From: Fibrobacterales bacterium
GTDB lineage: Bacteria > Fibrobacterota > Fibrobacteria > Fibrobacterales > JAOPTW01
Assembly (NCBI GenBank): GCA_051532035.1
Contig: JAOPTW010000047.1
Span: forward strand, 1 to 64,000
Direction of reading: 5' to 3'
DNA length: 64,000 nt
The translations under genes and the position numbers were made by a program. The notes under the pieces are model-generated. The model was given only the letters and a program-made list of their open reading frames with translations. It had not been told where the DNA came from and searched no databases. This document shows, in pieces, positions 60,393-64,000 of this stretch; the stretch's first letter is position 1; every line of letters begins with the position of its first letter.

Positions 60393-61313
60393 ATGTTAGA
60401 CAGGAAACTTTTGATAAATCTAAGATTAAATAGTAATAAGACTCACCATTTTGCAATTCCTAGCATCATTGTTTCGTCCTTTTCACTACTCAAGAAAGTC
60501 GCAATTGTCGGGCTCTTACTTTTTGTTGCACAGATGGGAAGCCTCGCCTACCATCAAATTCACCTCCATCAATTGGTGAAAATTAAAATAAGCAACATAG
60601 ATAAAACCAAACTACTCAACGCTGAACTTGATGGCTACATAAAAACAGTAGCCCAACTCTCACACGATGACAACAGCCTTCGCGAAAAATATAATTTTAA
60701 AACGATCGACCCAGAAATCAGACTCCTCGGTATTGGTGGACCCGTCGATCACGATTCAGCAATGATCAACCTCACCTTCCCTGCACTTAAGCTCAACAAT
60801 TCTGTTCATTCAAAGATGAGCTACCTCGAACGACAAGCAGAAGTTCAAGTAGAAAATTTTCAGGAACTCCAAAAACATCTTGAACGTAAAATTGATTCAT
60901 GGCGTTATATCCCTTCAATACGTCCTACCTATGGGAGAAATGCTTCATCCTTTGGAATGCGAATACATCCGGTTACCAATGAGTACCGCCTTCATGAAGG
61001 AATGGATATTGCAAACAAACCTTGGACTCCAATCATTTCACCTGCAGACGGTGTTATAAAACGTTCTCGGGTTGGAAAATACTTCGGCAACTATATTGTT
61101 ATTGATCACGGTAATGGGATTGAAAGTGTCTATGGGCACCTAAATAAAAGTGACGTGAAAGAAGGTCAGTTTATTTCACGAGGTAAAGTACTCGGCTACA
61201 TGGGTAAAACCGGTAGAACTACGGGAACACACCTCCATTATGAAATTCATAAAAATGGTCGTCCTCTTAATCCTGAACGCTATATTCATCCTAAAGAGTA
61301 TTCAGTAGATTAA
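60393..61313 (+). CDS. M23-family metallopeptidase
   Basis: TM + coiled coil + PSIRP, HEGMDIA, YGHL, TGTHLHYE. Confidence 0.95.
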   Translation: MLDRKLLINLRLNSNKTHHFAIPSIIVSSFSLLKKVAIVGLLLFVAQMGSLAYHQIHLHQLVKIKISNIDKTKLLNAELDGYIKTVAQLSHDDNSLREKYNFKTIDPEIRLLGIGGPVDHDSAMINLTFPALKLNNSVHSKMSYLERQAEVQVENFQELQKHLERKIDSWRYIPSIRPTYGRNASSFGMRIHPVTNEYRLHEGMDIANKPWTPIISPADGVIKRSRVGKYFGNYIVIDHGNGIESVYGHLNKSDVKEGQFISRGKVLGYMGKTGRTTGTHLHYEIHKNGRPLNPERYIHPKEYSVD

Positions 61314-61318
61314 TCGTT

Positions 61319-62305
61319 GTGAATCACATGATAGCACAGTTACTATCGAATAAAGTTCAAAGGTCATGTATGGCCTTTTTTTGTATCTATACTACTCTCT
61401 TTGCCGACATGATGCACCCTACAGTCTCAATAAAGCTTGGCGGTGGATATCAACGTCAGGAGCCTACAGAACTCAATCGTGCAACCGCCCTTCTCTCAAA
61501 AAAAATTAACAACCTAGATATGGGAGTCACCGACTTTTCAATGGGGGCCTTTAGCCACTCGTTTTATGGAACCTCAGAGGTACTTTACCATTTTTCTCCC
61601 TTTGCACACTCAGCTCATATAGTAGCCGGAATAGGTATCGACTACTGGAGTGCATCATTCAGTCAAGCAAACACCTTTTTTAGTGACACTGACAACAACA
61701 CATTTTCCAGCACCCTCTGTAATGATGCCCTCACGATAACATCGGGAGGGAACGGTGTCAGCGGCTGTTTTAATGCAAGCCAACACTACACCTTTGTCCC
61801 GCTCTGGTTTTCAACAGGTTACCGCTACTCTTTTATGGATATAGTTTCAGTGACCCTCTCAGGGAACATCGGTATACTTATTGGAAACAGTGAACTCACT
61901 ATTGAAGAGTATACCCTTCCGGCAGTTGACGCCCCAGCGCAAAAAAACACCCTCTCTTTTTCACTCGATCCAGGCCTTAATCCTATCTATAAAATCAAAA
62001 CAGATTTCGAGATACATCCCTTTTCCTTATTTGGTATTTCTCTCTCAATGGGGTATCAATGGATAGTATTAGATCACTTTACCACAACCCACGTTTCGGG
62101 GACATCTCAAATTTTTGACCTCGCACTAGGCAAACCCCTCACCAATGAACAGACCCTCTATATCAAAGAGTACCGCAACCTTAGCAGTACCTTTGACGAA
62201 TTCACCTTACTTACTGATGAGCAGAAGGGGAGTGCACTCCTCAATACTGTTTCTGGCAATTTTAGTGGTCTGTTTATCAATATCGCTCTTGTAGTATCTC
62301 TCTAA
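61319..62305 (+). CDS. Hypothetical exported, probably beta-barrel protein
   Basis: Alternating hydrophobic strands; start uncertain (GTG 61319 or ATG 61328). Confidence 0.55.
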   Translation: MNHMIAQLLSNKVQRSCMAFFCIYTTLFADMMHPTVSIKLGGGYQRQEPTELNRATALLSKKINNLDMGVTDFSMGAFSHSFYGTSEVLYHFSPFAHSAHIVAGIGIDYWSASFSQANTFFSDTDNNTFSSTLCNDALTITSGGNGVSGCFNASQHYTFVPLWFSTGYRYSFMDIVSVTLSGNIGILIGNSELTIEEYTLPAVDAPAQKNTLSFSLDPGLNPIYKIKTDFEIHPFSLFGISLSMGYQWIVLDHFTTTHVSGTSQIFDLALGKPLTNEQTLYIKEYRNLSSTFDEFTLLTDEQKGSALLNTVSGNFSGLFINIALVVSL

Positions 62306-62373
62306 AAAAGATCGAATTCTCTTCTCCCTCATGCAAGATCTACTATATTGTTGAGGGTACCTCTGGAGATTTT

Positions 62374-63426
62374 ATGAAACTGATACTGGCACTATCCACT
62401 GCACTCTTAGTACTTAATGGATGTCTTTTTTCTGATGACAGCGCGTCGCCACCCAAAACCAATAAACAATTGCAAACACTCAATGCCGCACTTCCTCAGG
62501 ATACCCTCCGCGTTGCGAGTCTCAATATGGCTATTGGTTTTAATCTTCTCACACTTATTGGTGTAACCAATATGGAACACCTCTATACCAAAATTCAGAC
62601 AGTCTATGCAGAGTATGATTCAAGTATGGCTAGTGCCCGTATTGGCATCATGGCAGACTCAATACTCCACTACAGCCCTGATGTTGTTGCCCTTCAGGAG
62701 GTGCTCTACTTTGAGCGTCATGGAATAGACACTACCGATTTTCTCAATCAACTTTTAGATTCTCTCAATGCGAAAAACCCCAATACTCCATATAGCGCTA
62801 CGATACATCAACTGAACCCTGTTGCTTTCGACACCATAGCCTTTGATACCATCCCTCTCAAATTCATGTTTGCTGAGGGCAATGCCTTTCTCTATAAACA
62901 GAGCCTGAGTAAAATCCAAGAAGACACATTCTCACTCCCTACGCGCCTCGAATTCCCTTATTTAAATACCACCTTGACCTCTATTAGAGCTGTACATCAA
63001 GCAACCTTTCAAAAGGGGGGTGGCCCTACGTGGCAACTGAACAACACACACTTTGAGGTTTTTAACAACGCCCCCCAAGCAGAAGAGCTGCTTCTCTTTC
63101 TCGATAGTAGTTATAGCTTGAGTTCACCACAATTGGTATTGGGGGACCTCAATTCAAAACCTGGTGATGTTGCTTATGCATTATTAACGAATGACGACGG
63201 CTTCTTTGACCTTTGGGAACCCATTACTACAAACAAGGCAACTTATGGTATTGACCTTAGAGACCCTACCTCGACACTTACTGAGCAACTCGACTATGTT
63301 CTTGGACGGAATTATCTTACGAGCGTAAACCACTCCATACACCCACTTGGACCAGAAAATGTTGACGGTATATCACTCTCTGCTGCGGACCACGCCTTTA
63401 TTCTTGTGGATGTTATCGCACAATAA
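62374..63426 (+). CDS. Endonuclease/exonuclease/phosphatase (EEP) family lipoprotein
   Basis: Lipobox LNGC; RVASLN, PDVVALQEV, NTHF, LGDLN, LDYV, ADH. Confidence 0.9.
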   Translation: MKLILALSTALLVLNGCLFSDDSASPPKTNKQLQTLNAALPQDTLRVASLNMAIGFNLLTLIGVTNMEHLYTKIQTVYAEYDSSMASARIGIMADSILHYSPDVVALQEVLYFERHGIDTTDFLNQLLDSLNAKNPNTPYSATIHQLNPVAFDTIAFDTIPLKFMFAEGNAFLYKQSLSKIQEDTFSLPTRLEFPYLNTTLTSIRAVHQATFQKGGGPTWQLNNTHFEVFNNAPQAEELLLFLDSSYSLSSPQLVLGDLNSKPGDVAYALLTNDDGFFDLWEPITTNKATYGIDLRDPTSTLTEQLDYVLGRNYLTSVNHSIHPLGPENVDGISLSAADHAFILVDVIAQ

Positions 63427-63524
63427 TATGCCCTTCATTATTCTCTCTTGAGCTTTAATTCATAAGAAAATAGAAAATTGTTGATACAGGGTTACAGAAC
63501 TCTCTTCATCATCGTTTAATAAGC

Positions 63525-64000
63525 ATGATGAAAAAAATTATCACCCTTATACTTTATTTGAGCTGCGCACAGACCTTTGCGGAGAGTAACCTCTATATAT
63601 CTGAGATATATCCCGCCCCTTTAGCCGATCAACCTGAATGGTTTGAGCTTACCAACACAAGTCAACACTCAATCCCCTTAGCCTCTCTCACCCTTCTGCC
63701 CTCGCCTCAAAAAGGACGTGCTCCCTATTCTCTGGTAGAGCCAAACTCAAAAAAAAATATTAACGCTATGGAGCAGTGTATTATTACTCAGGATTCACTC
63801 ACCTTCAAAGAGGTGTATGGCACTCTGCGGCTCTGCATTATTCAACCCCCCAAATGGTACACCCTCTCAAATAGCGGAGGTTCATTTTCGATAAGTACTC
63901 CCTCCGAATTAATTATTGACTCTATAACCTGGAATGCTTCTCAGGTATCATCAGGAACAGCTCTCACCCGGCATTCTCCCTTGAGTGATGATTGGAACAG
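63525..64000 (+). CDS. Lamin-tail-domain (LTD) secreted protein, 3'-truncated by the window edge
   Basis: MMKKIITLILYLSCAQTFA-ESNLYISEIYPAPLADQPEWFELTN; the ISEI..P...EWFEL.N LTD motif. Not in the ORF track. Confidence 0.75.
   Translation, partial: MMKKIITLILYLSCAQTFAESNLYISEIYPAPLADQPEWFELTNTSQHSIPLASLTLLPSPQKGRAPYSLVEPNSKKNINAMEQCIITQDSLTFKEVYGTLRLCIIQPPKWYTLSNSGGSFSISTPSELIIDSITWNASQVSSGTALTRHSPLSDDWN

Noticed and set aside
1..64000. CRISPR array, rRNA or prophage
   Set aside because: No regularly spaced repeats, rRNA-like sequence, cas genes or phage structural genes were seen.

Overview
Bacterial chromosomal segment, AT-rich, with the + strand visibly C-rich and G-poor. Ser-rich lipoproteins, a Fibrobacter-type circularly permuted GH16, T9SS-like C-terminal tails and futalosine-pathway mqnE suggest a Fibrobacterota/FCB-group organism (inference). 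Layout: (i) 1-7.5 kb: 3' end of hcp, a MarR-SDR module with two matching operators, and an RND-TolC pair. (ii) About 7.9-31.7 kb: a loose beta-glucan-degradation region (two GH16, two GH3 including a 1,721-aa multimodular one, GH8, a DUF4380-like lipoprotein, a hybrid kinase), with no SusC/SusD. Five intergenic copies of a TyrR-box-like palindrome (GTAAA-N6-TTTAC) lie in this region. (iii) 31.8-36.6 kb: a translationally coupled DUF2914-like / large beta-barrel / Omp85 operon. (iv) 37-64 kb: mostly housekeeping genes (tRNA-Cys, rpmB, glmM, murA, lpxB, rlmN, mqnE, CvpA, M23) plus a TetR / LolA-like / OMP / MMPL operon with an operator array. No CRISPR array, rRNA, transposase or integrase was seen. 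All family calls come from motif recognition by eye, not from database searches.
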